Below, in pieces: positions 8,857 to 18,308 of a stretch of 64,000 bases of DNA (the first letter of the stretch is position 1; each line of letters opens with the position of its first letter). Under the pieces are notes generated by a model. That model was not told the DNA's origin, made no database searches, and saw only the letters and a program-made list of their open reading frames with translations. The DNA is from Candidatus Polarisedimenticolia bacterium (GTDB taxonomy: Bacteria > Acidobacteriota > Polarisedimenticolia > JACPZX01 > DASXTC01). The stretch covers positions 124,032 through 188,031 of the forward strand of contig DASXTC010000021.1 of NCBI GenBank assembly GCA_036505635.1. The letters are read 5' to 3'. A program made the translations under genes and the position numbers.

Positions 8857-9990
8857 ATGCCGCGCCAGGTCTTCCGAGCCGGTCCGGCCGCAGCTGCGGT
8901 CGCGATCCTCATCTCCTGCTCGGCCGGCGAGCCTCCCGCCGGTCGCGACGCGGCCGCGCTCAGGGACGAATACCACCGTATCCAGCAGCAGGCGCTCGTG
9001 GAGCTCCGGGCCTGGGGGGCCGGAAATGATCGGAACGTGGATCCCCGGCCCCGATGGGCGGAGAAGCTCGAGGCCTTCGCCACCGCGCATCCCGAGGCCC
9101 CCGAGGCGGCCGAGGCGCTGGAAGGGGTGCTGCAGCTTCGGGAGGGGAGCCGGGACATCGACGGCTTCTTCAAGGCCTACAAGACATTGCTCGAGATCGC
9201 CCCGGATTCCAACGGTCTTCCCTCGGTCTTCGAGCAGGTGAAGGCGATGCGCGTGCTCGAGGCGGGGGGCCCGACCATCATGTCCGCTCCGGATGACGAG
9301 GCGAGGCGCCGCGCCTACAGGACGGCGGCGCCTCACATCGCGGCGGATCTCGAACGGGCCGTCGCGGCCGCGAAGAGGCCCGCCACGCTCGCCGCCGCCC
9401 ACCTGGCCATCGGCGAGACCTGGTTCCTGTTCGACCTGGATCTGGGCAAGGCGCTGAAGCACTTCAAGGTGGTCGCCACCCAGTTTGCGGATGCGTCGAC
9501 GGCGGCCCAGGCCCGCGAGTACGTCGCGGAGATCGAGACGCTGGGGCCCGGCAGGCCGGCCCCCGACTTCGAGGCGGTCACCGTGGACGGCAAGAAGATC
9601 CGCCTCTCGTCGTTGAAAGGCTCCATCGTGCTGATCGACTTCTGGGCGACCTGGTGCATGCCGTGCCTGGTGGAGCTGCCCAACCTCAGGCGAGCCTATG
9701 AGAGGTTCCACGGCCGGGGGTTCGTCATTCTCGGCGTCAGCATCGAATCGGACTCGGCGGAGGTGTCCCGCTTCGCCGCCAGGAAGGGCATGACGTGGCC
9801 GATCCTGGTGGACGGCGCCGAGGGAAACATGGCGACCGGACCGGTGGCCCGGGCCTACAACGTGCAGTCAATCCCCATGTCGTACCTCGTGGACAGGGAC
9901 GGGACGATCCGGGCCCGGCGCCTGCTGGGAGACGGGGTGGAGCGCGCGGTGGCGGACCTGCTCGTCCGTCGTGTGGCCGCGCTCAGATAG
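8857..9990 (+). CDS. TlpA-family thiol:disulfide oxidoreductase (thioredoxin-like) with N-terminal helical domain
   Basis: WATWCMPC active-site motif (WCxxC) and IDFWATWC context. Lipoprotein-like signal LISCSAG near the N-terminus. Confidence 0.8.
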   Translation: MPRQVFRAGPAAAAVAILISCSAGEPPAGRDAAALRDEYHRIQQQALVELRAWGAGNDRNVDPRPRWAEKLEAFATAHPEAPEAAEALEGVLQLREGSRDIDGFFKAYKTLLEIAPDSNGLPSVFEQVKAMRVLEAGGPTIMSAPDDEARRRAYRTAAPHIAADLERAVAAAKRPATLAAAHLAIGETWFLFDLDLGKALKHFKVVATQFADASTAAQAREYVAEIETLGPGRPAPDFEAVTVDGKKIRLSSLKGSIVLIDFWATWCMPCLVELPNLRRAYERFHGRGFVILGVSIESDSAEVSRFAARKGMTWPILVDGAEGNMATGPVARAYNVQSIPMSYLVDRDGTIRARRLLGDGVERAVADLLVRRVAALR

Positions 9991-10018
9991 GAGTGGCGTC
10001 GTGGTGCCGCGTCATGTG

Positions 10019-10627
10019 ATGCTCGGCCCGGTCCTCCTCGCCGCCGCGGGCGCTCTGGCGACCGCGGCTCCGCTCACCCTCTCGATCGATCCGGCCGCGA
10101 GCCAGGTCCTCTTCCATCTGCAGACCACGTGGCACGGGGTGGAGGGGCGCACCGGAAGGATCTCCGGGGCCCTGACCACCGAGAGCGGCGACATCCTCGG
10201 CGACGGCCGCGTCACGGTGGAAATCGAGGCGGCGGCGCTCGACACGGGCAACGCCCGCCGCGACCGGACCATGCGGGATTCCCACCTCGAGACCGGCAGG
10301 TATCCGGCCATCGCCTTCACCTCCACCGGCCCGCCGGCGGTCGCCTCGTCGACGAAGGACCCGGCCGGCGCCCTGACGGGCGCCTCGCTCACGGTGCCCG
10401 GCAGCCTCGCGATACACGGTGTGACCCGGGCGGTGGGCCTGCCCGTGACCGCCCGGCGGCAAGGGGATGCCTGGCTCATGGAAGGGGAGCTCGTGGTGAA
10501 GCTGTCGGATTACGCCATCCCCGATCCCTCGATCTTCCTCAATCACGTGCAGGACGAGGTGACGGTATCATTCAGTATCACGCTGCGGCCCGGCACAGCC
10601 CCCCCCGCGGAGCCGCGCCGGCGTTGA
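10019..10627 (+). CDS. YceI-family periplasmic protein
   Basis: Signal peptide followed by a beta-rich YceI-like domain. Start at MLGPVLLAAAGA. Confidence 0.65.
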   Translation: MLGPVLLAAAGALATAAPLTLSIDPAASQVLFHLQTTWHGVEGRTGRISGALTTESGDILGDGRVTVEIEAAALDTGNARRDRTMRDSHLETGRYPAIAFTSTGPPAVASSTKDPAGALTGASLTVPGSLAIHGVTRAVGLPVTARRQGDAWLMEGELVVKLSDYAIPDPSIFLNHVQDEVTVSFSITLRPGTAPPAEPRRR

Positions 10628-10688
10628 CCTCTCCGCGGCGGCGACGGTAGACTGCCCAGTTCACGAAGTCGGAGAGGCGCATCCCCGC

Positions 10689-11771
10689 ATGAGACGGTAC
10701 CCCGCCTTCGATCCGCCGGAGTATGTCAACTGGGCCCCCGACCCTCAGGCCATGGAGGAGTTCCGGGCCCGAGTCCCCGCCACGCCGCCCGACGCGCGGA
10801 TCCTCGTGCGGCTCTACGAAGGGATGGTCCGAAATCGCCTCCACGACATCGCGCTCAAGCGGTGGGTGCGCCAGGGAGTCATCTCGAAGGCCTGGCTGGG
10901 AACCGGGGAGGAGGCCGTCACGATCGGCAACACGCACGCGCTGGCCCGCGGCGACGTGGTGGGCCCCATGATCCGCAACGCCGGCGCCTGCCACGAGATG
11001 GGGATGCCGGTCGTCGATCTCCTGAAGGTCTACCTTGGCGCGTCGGATACCATCACGAGAGGGCGTGACCTGCACACCGGCGATCCGGCCCACGGCGTGA
11101 TCCCTCCCATCTCGTTCGTGGGGGCGCTGGTGCCCGTCTTCGCCGGGCTCGCCCTCTCCTTCAAGATGAAGCGGGAGCCGCGCGTGGCGATGACCTGGGT
11201 GGGGGACGGCGCCCGCTGGACCGCGGAGTTCCACGAAGGGATGAACTTCGCGGCCGTGCAGAGCCTGCCGCTCGTGATCGTGCTCCAGGACAACCAGGTG
11301 GCGCTCGGCACGCGCGGTCCGGCGCACTCCAAGGCCGCCTGCGAGGAGATGGCGGCCGGTTACGGAGTGGACGGGCTGACCTGCGACGGCAACAATGTGC
11401 TGGATGTCTACGCGACCTCGTGCGAGGCTGTCTCCCGCTGCCGGAAGGGCTCCGGCCCCGTCATCCTGACGGCGACCACCTTCCGGATGGGCGGGCACGC
11501 TACGCACGACGAGGCCGAGGCGCGCGACCTCTTCAGCCCCGAGGTATTCGCCCACTGGGGCAGGCGTGACCCGATCGGGATGTACGAGACGTGGCTGGTC
11601 GAGCGGGGGGCGCCCGCCGGCATCAGCGCCGGTGAGCTGGCCGGGATCGAGGAGAAGGTGAGCCGCGAGGTCGAGGAAGCCGCGGAGGCGGCGCTGGCCG
11701 GCCGCAGGCAGACGGCGGCCACCGAGGAGGATGTCCTGCGGGGCGTCTACTGCGAGGTGACCGGACGATGA
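10689..11771 (+). CDS. thiamine-diphosphate-dependent 2-oxoacid dehydrogenase E1 component, alpha-subunit-like (stand-alone)
   Basis: ThDP-binding motif GDGA...(about 28 aa)...N is present ([33 protein letters not shown]). ATGA overlap with the next gene. Confidence 0.75.
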   Translation: MRRYPAFDPPEYVNWAPDPQAMEEFRARVPATPPDARILVRLYEGMVRNRLHDIALKRWVRQGVISKAWLGTGEEAVTIGNTHALARGDVVGPMIRNAGACHEMGMPVVDLLKVYLGASDTITRGRDLHTGDPAHGVIPPISFVGALVPVFAGLALSFKMKREPRVAMTWVGDGARWTAEFHEGMNFAAVQSLPLVIVLQDNQVALGTRGPAHSKAACEEMAAGYGVDGLTCDGNNVLDVYATSCEAVSRCRKGSGPVILTATTFRMGGHATHDEAEARDLFSPEVFAHWGRRDPIGMYETWLVERGAPAGISAGELAGIEEKVSREVEEAAEAALAGRRQTAATEEDVLRGVYCEVTGR

Positions 11772-13912
11772 AGGCGCGAGCCGGCAACCGGACGGGAAAC
11801 CCATCGGGTCGGCGTGCCGGATCCGCGCCAGGCCTCGATCGCGAGACGCTGGTCGGAATCTATCGCATGATGTACCTGTCGCGCCGCATCGACGACAGGG
11901 AGCTCCAGCTCAAGCGCCAGAACAAATACTTCTTCCAGATCAGCGGCGCCGGCCACGAGGCGATCCTCGTGGCTGCCGGGATGGCGCTCAAGGCCAGCCA
12001 CGACTGGTTCTACCCGTACTACCGCGATCGCGCGCTCTGCCTCCAGCTCGGCATGACGCCGAAGGAGATGTTCATGCAAGGGGTCGGAGCGGCGGCCGAT
12101 CCCAACTCCGGATCCCGCCAGATGCCGGCCCACTGGGGTCACAAGGCCCTCAACATCGTCTCCCAGTCGAGCCCCACGGGGACCCAGTTCCTACAGGCGG
12201 TGGGCTGCGCGGAGGCGGGGCGCTACCTCTCCCAGATGGACGAGGCAGTGGCCAGGGCGGGCTCCTTCAAGGGGGACGAGATCGTCCTTGTCTCGGGCGG
12301 CGACGGTTCGACGTCCGAAGGGGAGTTCTACGAGGCGTTCATGACGGCCTGCGTCTGGCGTCTGCCGGTCATCTTCCTGATCGAGGACAACGGCTACGCC
12401 ATCTCGGTGCCGGTGTGGATTCAGACACCGGGGGGCAGCATCAGCAAGGCGCTCGCCTCGGTGCCGAACCTCACCATCGAGGAGGTGGACGGGTGCGATC
12501 CGCTCGCGTCGCTGGAGGTGATGCGCCGCGTGGTGGACCGGATGCGCCAGCGGGAGATCGGCCCGGTCCTGGTGCACGCGCAGGTGGTCCGTCCCTACTC
12601 CCACTCGCAGTCCGACGACGAGAAGGCTTACAAGACGGAGGCCGAACGGGCCGAGGAGGCCCGCCGCGATCCGATCGCGCGGTTCGGCGCCTGGCTGGTG
12701 GGCCAGGGGCTCGCCGCCGAGGAGTTCCTCGCCGAGGTGCGCGCCGACGCCGACGCCGAGGTGAGCCGCGCCGCCGACGAGGCGCTGGCGGAGGCCAAGC
12801 CCGATCCCGCGTCCGTTTTCGACCATCTGTATTCGTCCGCGATCGACCCGGTCTCACCGGAATTCGAATCGCCGGCCCGGCCCCAGGGGGAACCGACCAC
12901 CATGGTCGATCTGCTCAACTCCTGCATGCGCGACGAGATGGCGCGCGACGAGCGGATCGTGGTCTTCGGCGAGGACGTCGCCGACGCGGCCGATGAGAAG
13001 CTCGAGCAGGTCAAGGGGAAGGGCGGCGTCTTCAAGGTCACGTGGGGCCTGCAGAAGAAGTTCGGCAGCCGCCGGGTCTTCAACTCGCCTCTGGCGGAGG
13101 CCAACATCATCGGCCGGGCCGTCGGAATGGCGACGCGCGGTCTCAAGCCGGTCGTGGAGATCCAGTTCTTCGACTACATCTGGCCCGCCTTCATGCAGAT
13201 CAGGAGCGAGCTGGCGCTGATGAGGTGGCGCTCCAACGGGGCGTTCGCGTGTCCGGTGGTGGTGCGGGTCCCGATCGGCGGGTACCTCGGCGGCGGCTCC
13301 ATCTACCACAGCCAGTCCGGCGAGGTCCTCTTCACCCACATGCCGGGGCTGCGCGTGGTGATGCCGGCCACCGCGGCCGACGCCAACGGCCTGCTGCGCA
13401 CCGCCATCCGGTGCGACGACCCGGTCATCTTCCTCGAGCACAAGCACCTCTACCGGCAGACCTACAACAAGGAGCCCTACCCGGGGCCCGACTTCATGAT
13501 CCCCTTCGGCAAGGCCAAGACGGTCCTTGCGGGGAACGACATCACGCTGATCACCTACGGGGCGCTGGTGGAGCGCAGCGCGCGGGCGGCGAAGAAGGCC
13601 GCCGAGCTTCACGGCGTCTCCGTGGAGGTGATCGATCTGCGCTCGCTGGCCCCGTTCGACTGGCAGGCGATCGAGGCCTCCGTGAAGAGGACCGGCCGGG
13701 CGCTTGTGGTGCACGAGGACGTCCTGTCGTTCGGCTACGGCGCGGAGATCGCGGCGCGGATCGGCGGCGAGCTCTTCGAGTACCTCGATGCGCCGGTGCG
13801 CCGCGTGGCGGCGAAGGACACGTGGGTGGCCTACGAACCCGGGCTGGAGGACGCCGTCCTGCCGCAGGAGCACGACGTGCTGGCCGCCATCGAGGCCCTG
13901 GCGAGGTATTGA
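11768..13912 (+). CDS. fused E1 alpha/beta ThDP-dependent dehydrogenase (alpha domain plus transketolase-like beta domain)
   Basis: 714 aa. The N-terminal half has [15 protein letters not shown]...IEDNGYAIS (GDG...N). The C-terminal half has beta-subunit features ([20 protein letters not shown], transketolase-like C-terminus). Confidence 0.8.
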   Translation: MKARAGNRTGNPSGRRAGSAPGLDRETLVGIYRMMYLSRRIDDRELQLKRQNKYFFQISGAGHEAILVAAGMALKASHDWFYPYYRDRALCLQLGMTPKEMFMQGVGAAADPNSGSRQMPAHWGHKALNIVSQSSPTGTQFLQAVGCAEAGRYLSQMDEAVARAGSFKGDEIVLVSGGDGSTSEGEFYEAFMTACVWRLPVIFLIEDNGYAISVPVWIQTPGGSISKALASVPNLTIEEVDGCDPLASLEVMRRVVDRMRQREIGPVLVHAQVVRPYSHSQSDDEKAYKTEAERAEEARRDPIARFGAWLVGQGLAAEEFLAEVRADADAEVSRAADEALAEAKPDPASVFDHLYSSAIDPVSPEFESPARPQGEPTTMVDLLNSCMRDEMARDERIVVFGEDVADAADEKLEQVKGKGGVFKVTWGLQKKFGSRRVFNSPLAEANIIGRAVGMATRGLKPVVEIQFFDYIWPAFMQIRSELALMRWRSNGAFACPVVVRVPIGGYLGGGSIYHSQSGEVLFTHMPGLRVVMPATAADANGLLRTAIRCDDPVIFLEHKHLYRQTYNKEPYPGPDFMIPFGKAKTVLAGNDITLITYGALVERSARAAKKAAELHGVSVEVIDLRSLAPFDWQAIEASVKRTGRALVVHEDVLSFGYGAEIAARIGGELFEYLDAPVRRVAAKDTWVAYEPGLEDAVLPQEHDVLAAIEALARY

Positions 13913-13916
13913 GAGC

Positions 13917-15068
13917 GTGGATGACCTGCTGAAGTACCGCCCGGAGTTCCCCGTCCTCGATAAGTTCACCTACATGATCTCCCACTCGCTCGGCGCGATG
14001 CCGCGCGGCGTCTTCGGCCGGATGCAGGAGTTCGCGGCCATGTGGAACGAGCGGGGCATCCAGGCGTGGGAGGAGGGCTGGTGGGATATGCCGCGCCGCG
14101 TGGGGGACCAGCTGGCCCGGATCCTGGGGGCCGGGCCGGGAACCATCACCATGCACCAGAACGTCTCGGTGGCCGAGGCGATGATCGCCTCGTGCCTGGA
14201 CTTCTCGGGCCGCCGCAGCAAGGTGGTCTACACCGACATGAACTTTCCCTCGGTGATGTACGTCTGGGAGGCGCAACGGCGCCGCGGGGCGCGGATACAG
14301 ATGGTGGCGTCCGAGGACGGCATCAAGGTGGACACGCAGCGGCTCGTGGACGCCATCGACGAGGAGACTCTGGTGGTGCCGATCTCGCACGTGCTGTTCC
14401 GGAGCGCCTACATCCAGGACGTGGCGGCGGTGGTTGCGAAGGCCGAGAAGGTCGGCGCCCTCGTCGTGCTCGACTGCTACCAGTCGGCGGGCACGGTCCC
14501 CTTCAGCCTGAAGGACCTGGGAGTCCACTTCGCGGTGGGGGGCTCGGTGAAGTGGCTGCTCGGGGGCCCGGGGGCCGGTTACCTCTACGTGCGGCCCGAC
14601 CTTCTCGACAGGTATGAGCCGGCCGTGACGGGATGGTCGGCGCACGCCCATCCTTTCGATTTCAAGACGGGCCCGATCGACTACGCCACCGGGATCGCCC
14701 GGTGGATGCACGGGACCCCCTCGATCGCGCCCCTGTTCCAGTGCCAGCCCGGCTTGGAGATGATCCAGGAGATCGGCGTGGAGCGGATTCGCGCCAAGTC
14801 GATGCGCCAGACCGCGCGGATGATCGAGAAGGCGCGCGCCCACGGAATCCGCGTCAACAGCCCGCTCGACCCGGCGCGGCGCGGTGGCAGCGTCGTCCTC
14901 GACGTGCCGGGCGGCCATCACGTCTGCCAGGAGATGATCCGCCGCAAGTTTCTGGTGGACTACCGGCCGGGGGCGGGAGTGCGGGCGGCCCCGCACTTCT
15001 ACACGACCGACGAGGAGTGCGACGCCACGGTCGATGAAGCGGCGGCGATCGCGCGGGACCATTCATGA
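13917..15068 (+). CDS. kynU: kynureninase
   Basis: PLP-fold aminotransferase class V-like sequence with kynureninase-typical segments (YMISHSLGAMPRGV, VVLDCYQSAGTVPF, SVKWLLGGPGAGYLYV). The start is assigned to an in-frame GTG. Confidence 0.7.
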   Translation: MDDLLKYRPEFPVLDKFTYMISHSLGAMPRGVFGRMQEFAAMWNERGIQAWEEGWWDMPRRVGDQLARILGAGPGTITMHQNVSVAEAMIASCLDFSGRRSKVVYTDMNFPSVMYVWEAQRRRGARIQMVASEDGIKVDTQRLVDAIDEETLVVPISHVLFRSAYIQDVAAVVAKAEKVGALVVLDCYQSAGTVPFSLKDLGVHFAVGGSVKWLLGGPGAGYLYVRPDLLDRYEPAVTGWSAHAHPFDFKTGPIDYATGIARWMHGTPSIAPLFQCQPGLEMIQEIGVERIRAKSMRQTARMIEKARAHGIRVNSPLDPARRGGSVVLDVPGGHHVCQEMIRRKFLVDYRPGAGVRAAPHFYTTDEECDATVDEAAAIARDHS

Positions 15069-15868
15069 AACGCAAGGCCTCGAGCTACGACGACTACCTC
15101 AAGGTGGGCGAGCTGCTCAAGCTCCAGCAGCGGCTCTCGGATCCTCCGCACCACGACGAGCTGCTCTTCATCATCATCCATCAGGTCTACGAGCTGTGGT
15201 TCAGGCAGATGATCCACGAGATCGAGGCGATCTTGTCGGCGCTGTCCGCCGGGCGCGTCAGGCAAGCTACCCGGCTCTACCGGCGCCTCATCGAGATCCA
15301 GCGAGTGATCCTCCAGCAGATCTCCGTGCTCGAGACGATGACGCCGATCGACTTCAACGAGTTTCGCGATCTCCTGAATCCCGCCAGCGGGTTCCAGTCG
15401 CGGCAGTTCCGCGAGCTGGAGTTCCTGTCGGGCATGAAGGACCCGGTCTACCTGAAGCTGGCGGGGTCCGACGCGCCGGCGCGCGAGACCCTGGAACGCC
15501 GTCTGGCGGGCCCGACCCTCGGCGAGGGCTTCGACGACCTGTTGCGCTCGCGCGGCTTCCCGGTGGCCCCGGCCGGTGGCGAGGGGATCGCCGCCTCCCG
15601 GATCGCCGCGCTCAAGACGATCTACGAGCGTCACGACGATCACGACGACCTGTACCAGCTCTGCGAGGCGATGATCGAGTACGACGAGAACTTCCAGCTC
15701 TGGCGCTATCACCACATCCGGATGGTGGAGCGCATGATCGGCCGCAAGCCCGGCACCGGCGGCAGCGAGGGGGTCGGCTACCTCGCGCGCACGCTCGACA
15801 AGCGCTGCTTCCCCGAGCTGTGGGAGGTCCGCACGCACCTGTCGAGCGGCGGCGCGTACGGCGGTTGA
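15065..15868 (+). CDS. kynA: tryptophan 2,3-dioxygenase
   Basis: 267 aa. SYDDYLKVGELLKLQ, FIIIHQVYELWF and FRDLLNPASGFQSRQFRELE are hallmark TDO segments. ATGA overlap with kynU. Confidence 0.8.
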   Translation: MKRKASSYDDYLKVGELLKLQQRLSDPPHHDELLFIIIHQVYELWFRQMIHEIEAILSALSAGRVRQATRLYRRLIEIQRVILQQISVLETMTPIDFNEFRDLLNPASGFQSRQFRELEFLSGMKDPVYLKLAGSDAPARETLERRLAGPTLGEGFDDLLRSRGFPVAPAGGEGIAASRIAALKTIYERHDDHDDLYQLCEAMIEYDENFQLWRYHHIRMVERMIGRKPGTGGSEGVGYLARTLDKRCFPELWEVRTHLSSGGAYGG

Positions 15869-15879
15869 AGGGGCGACGC

Positions 15880-16689
15880 ATGAACCGAGCGCAGCCGCTC
15901 TTTCGCAGCTCCCTGGTGAGGGTCGACCGGTTCGACCACCCCGCCGGCCGCGCTCATCGCGACCCGGATGAAGAGATCGCCACGAGCCACACGATAAGCC
16001 TCGTCACGCGGGGGGCGTTCCACGTCCTGCGCGGGCGCAGGAAGTGGCGCCTGACGCCCAGCACGCTCTTCGTCACCCACCCCGGCTTTACCTATCGCTG
16101 CGCCCACGAGGGGCCCGAGCCCGGCGACGTCTGCCTCTCGGCAACCCTCGCGCCGGCATTCGCCGGGGAAGTCGAGGCCGCCACGGGCCGGCCCTGGGGC
16201 GGGCGCGTTCCCGTCGCTCCGATGACAAACCGGCTGGCCTACCTGGGACACCGGCTCGAGCGGGCGCTGGAAAGCGACCCGGAGCCGGTGGCGATCGAGA
16301 CGCTGGTCGGGGATCTGGCGGCAGGGCTGGCGGATGGGAGCGGCGCGGCGAGGCTCTTCGGCGAACACCAGCTCGGCTGGTACGCCGAGCGGGTGGATGC
16401 GGCCCGCGGGATCCTGCAGGAGAGGTTCGCCGAGCCGCACACGCTGCGTTCGCTCTCGCGGGAGGTCGGCATGAGCCCGTTTCATTTCGCCCGGATCTTC
16501 CGGGAGCTGGCCGGCGTCCCTCCTCACCGCTACCTGATCCGAATCCGTCTGGCCCGGGCCTGCGGGATGCTGCGCTCCGGCGCCGGCGTGACCCAGACCT
16601 GCCTCGCGACAGGCTTCAACAACCTCGGTCACTTCATCCGGCTCTTCCACCGGACCTTCGGCGTCCCTCCCTCCCGCCACTGTGGTTGA
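15880..16689 (+). CDS. AraC-family transcriptional regulator
   Basis: C-terminal AraC helix-turn-helix (LSREVGMSPFHFARIFRELAGVPPHRYLIRIRLARA ... GFNNLGHFIRLFHRTFGVPPS). Confidence 0.8.
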   Translation: MNRAQPLFRSSLVRVDRFDHPAGRAHRDPDEEIATSHTISLVTRGAFHVLRGRRKWRLTPSTLFVTHPGFTYRCAHEGPEPGDVCLSATLAPAFAGEVEAATGRPWGGRVPVAPMTNRLAYLGHRLERALESDPEPVAIETLVGDLAAGLADGSGAARLFGEHQLGWYAERVDAARGILQERFAEPHTLRSLSREVGMSPFHFARIFRELAGVPPHRYLIRIRLARACGMLRSGAGVTQTCLATGFNNLGHFIRLFHRTFGVPPSRHCG

Positions 16690-16785
16690 CGCGGACCCCC
16701 TCCGACGGATTAGCAAGAAAGCGCAAGCAGCCCGCGTGGGCGCAAGGTACGATGGCCTCCGATTCCCGTCTCACAGGAGGAGACC

Positions 16786-17157
16786 ATGTTCGACCATGTC
16801 AGCTTGAAGGTGAAGGATGGCGAGAGGAGCAGGAAGTTCTTCAAGGCAGCGCTCGGCCCGCTCGGCTACAAGCTCCTGGAGGAGTACGACGGGGGCGGCG
16901 GATTCGGAACCGGTGAGACGCCCTCGCTCTGGATCGCTCAGGGGCAGCCGCACGCGCCCGGGGTGCACCTTGCGTTCGCCAGCCCCGACCGGGCATCGGT
17001 CGATGCCTTCCACGCCGCCGCGCTGAAGACCGGTGGCCGTGACAACGGCGCTCCGGGGATCCGCAAGAACTACGGCCCTCACTACTACGCGGCGTTCGTC
17101 CTCGATCCGGATGGCAACAACATCGAGGCCGTCTTCAACCGCGCCGCTTCGCGGTAG
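16786..17157 (+). CDS. VOC/glyoxalase-family protein
   Basis: 123 aa. MFDHVSLKVKD...FVLDPDGNNIEAV is the typical VOC beta-alpha-beta-beta-beta pattern. Confidence 0.7.
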   Translation: MFDHVSLKVKDGERSRKFFKAALGPLGYKLLEEYDGGGGFGTGETPSLWIAQGQPHAPGVHLAFASPDRASVDAFHAAALKTGGRDNGAPGIRKNYGPHYYAAFVLDPDGNNIEAVFNRAASR

Positions 17158-17159
17158 GG

Positions 17160-18308
17160 TTACAGGATCGCTGGAGCGAACAGAAGCGCTCCGAGGAAGG
17201 CGGCCGCGGCCAGCAGGAGGCGCAGCCACCTCCGACCGGCGGCGGCGCGGGCCGTCTGCTCGATGCCTGAGCCCGCGAGGACGAGCGCGATCGGGATGAG
17301 CACGAGCCCCGGGACCGCCGGGAAGTCGAGGAGCGTCGAGGCGGCGTAGCCGGCGATCAAGAGGTAGAAGCAGAACGCCTCGCGCCAGCGCGCGAGCGAC
17401 AACGCGAGCCCCGCGGCGGCTACCGGGACGAGCAGCCACCCGACCGGGTCGGCGACGAGGAGGATTGGGACGGCCTCGCGGTAGCGGACGTCGTCTGCGA
17501 TGACGGCCGGTCCGCCCCCGCCCGTCGTCAAAAGCACGAACTCGCCCGACGCGTGATAGTTGCGCGCCGCCATCGGCGCCAGCACGAGGCCGAGCCCCAA
17601 GGCAAATGTCGCGAGCCGGCCGGCGCTCTCCCTGGCGCGCCCGGGGGCCCTCTCGCCGCGCAGCCACGGATCGAGGATCAGCCACAGCGCGATGATGGGG
17701 ACGACCCGGATCATCGAGTCGCGCGCCGACGCGGCGAGCCCCAGGCAGAGCCCCGAGCTGGCGAGCAGCCCTCGCTGCGAGGCGTTGGCGGCGAAGATCT
17801 GGTAGAGCGCCGCCGCCGAGAGGAAGAACGCCAGGACCTCCGGAAGGATCGCGGCATCGAGAAAGAGGGAAGGCCCGTGCACGCAGGCCACCAGAGCGGC
17901 GATCAGTCCGGCGGCCGGGGAGAACGCCTGCCTTCCGATCCTGTAGACGAGGACGCACGTGGCCGCGCCCACGACGGCCTGCAGGAGCCTCGGCGCCATC
18001 AGCCCGGAGCCGAAGAGCCTGAAGCAGGCGGCCAGGAACCAGGCGTACAGCGGGCTCCATTCGTAGGCTCCGGCAGGGACCCATTGGCCCGCCGCGATCT
18101 TCGCGGCCCAGTCGCGGTACATCGCGGCGTCTCCCGGCAGGTCCTCCCACAGCCTCGACGTCTGGAGTTGTTTCAGGAAGGCCGCCCTCACCAGAAGCGC
18201 GATGAGGAAGGTCCCCCAGCCGATGGCACGGTGCCAGACTCCCAGCGGGCTCGGCGGCGTGTAAAGGATGGGCGGCTCGGCGGCGTCCTCTCGGTCCTCC
18301 TGCCTCAT
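17160..18308 (-). CDS. GT39/ArnT-like polytopic membrane glycosyltransferase (PMT family)
   Basis: Multi-TM protein. It shares the conserved block GSGLMAPRLLQAVVGAATCVLVY with its upstream paralog. Confidence 0.65.
   Translation of the reverse strand: MRQEDREDAAEPPILYTPPSPLGVWHRAIGWGTFLIALLVRAAFLKQLQTSRLWEDLPGDAAMYRDWAAKIAAGQWVPAGAYEWSPLYAWFLAACFRLFGSGLMAPRLLQAVVGAATCVLVYRIGRQAFSPAAGLIAALVACVHGPSLFLDAAILPEVLAFFLSAAALYQIFAANASQRGLLASSGLCLGLAASARDSMIRVVPIIALWLILDPWLRGERAPGRARESAGRLATFALGLGLVLAPMAARNYHASGEFVLLTTGGGGPAVIADDVRYREAVPILLVADPVGWLLVPVAAAGLALSLARWREAFCFYLLIAGYAASTLLDFPAVPGLVLIPIALVLAGSGIEQTARAAAGRRWLRLLLAAAAFLGALLFAPAIL

Noticed and set aside
8773-9711. Upstream two-thirds of the 597-aa minus ORF containing the NmrA gene
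   Set aside because: Antisense to the TlpA gene and compositionally biased. The NmrA Rossmann motif sits right after the internal ATG at 8772.
12854-15062. Long minus-strand ORFs (371 and 503 aa) antisense to E1/kynU
   Set aside because: No domains. Arg/Pro-rich. They overlap enzymes with clear ThDP and PLP-fold signatures.
15034-15880. Upstream part of the 551-aa plus ORF containing the AraC regulator
   Set aside because: Frame shadow of kynA. The AraC protein begins at ATG 15880.
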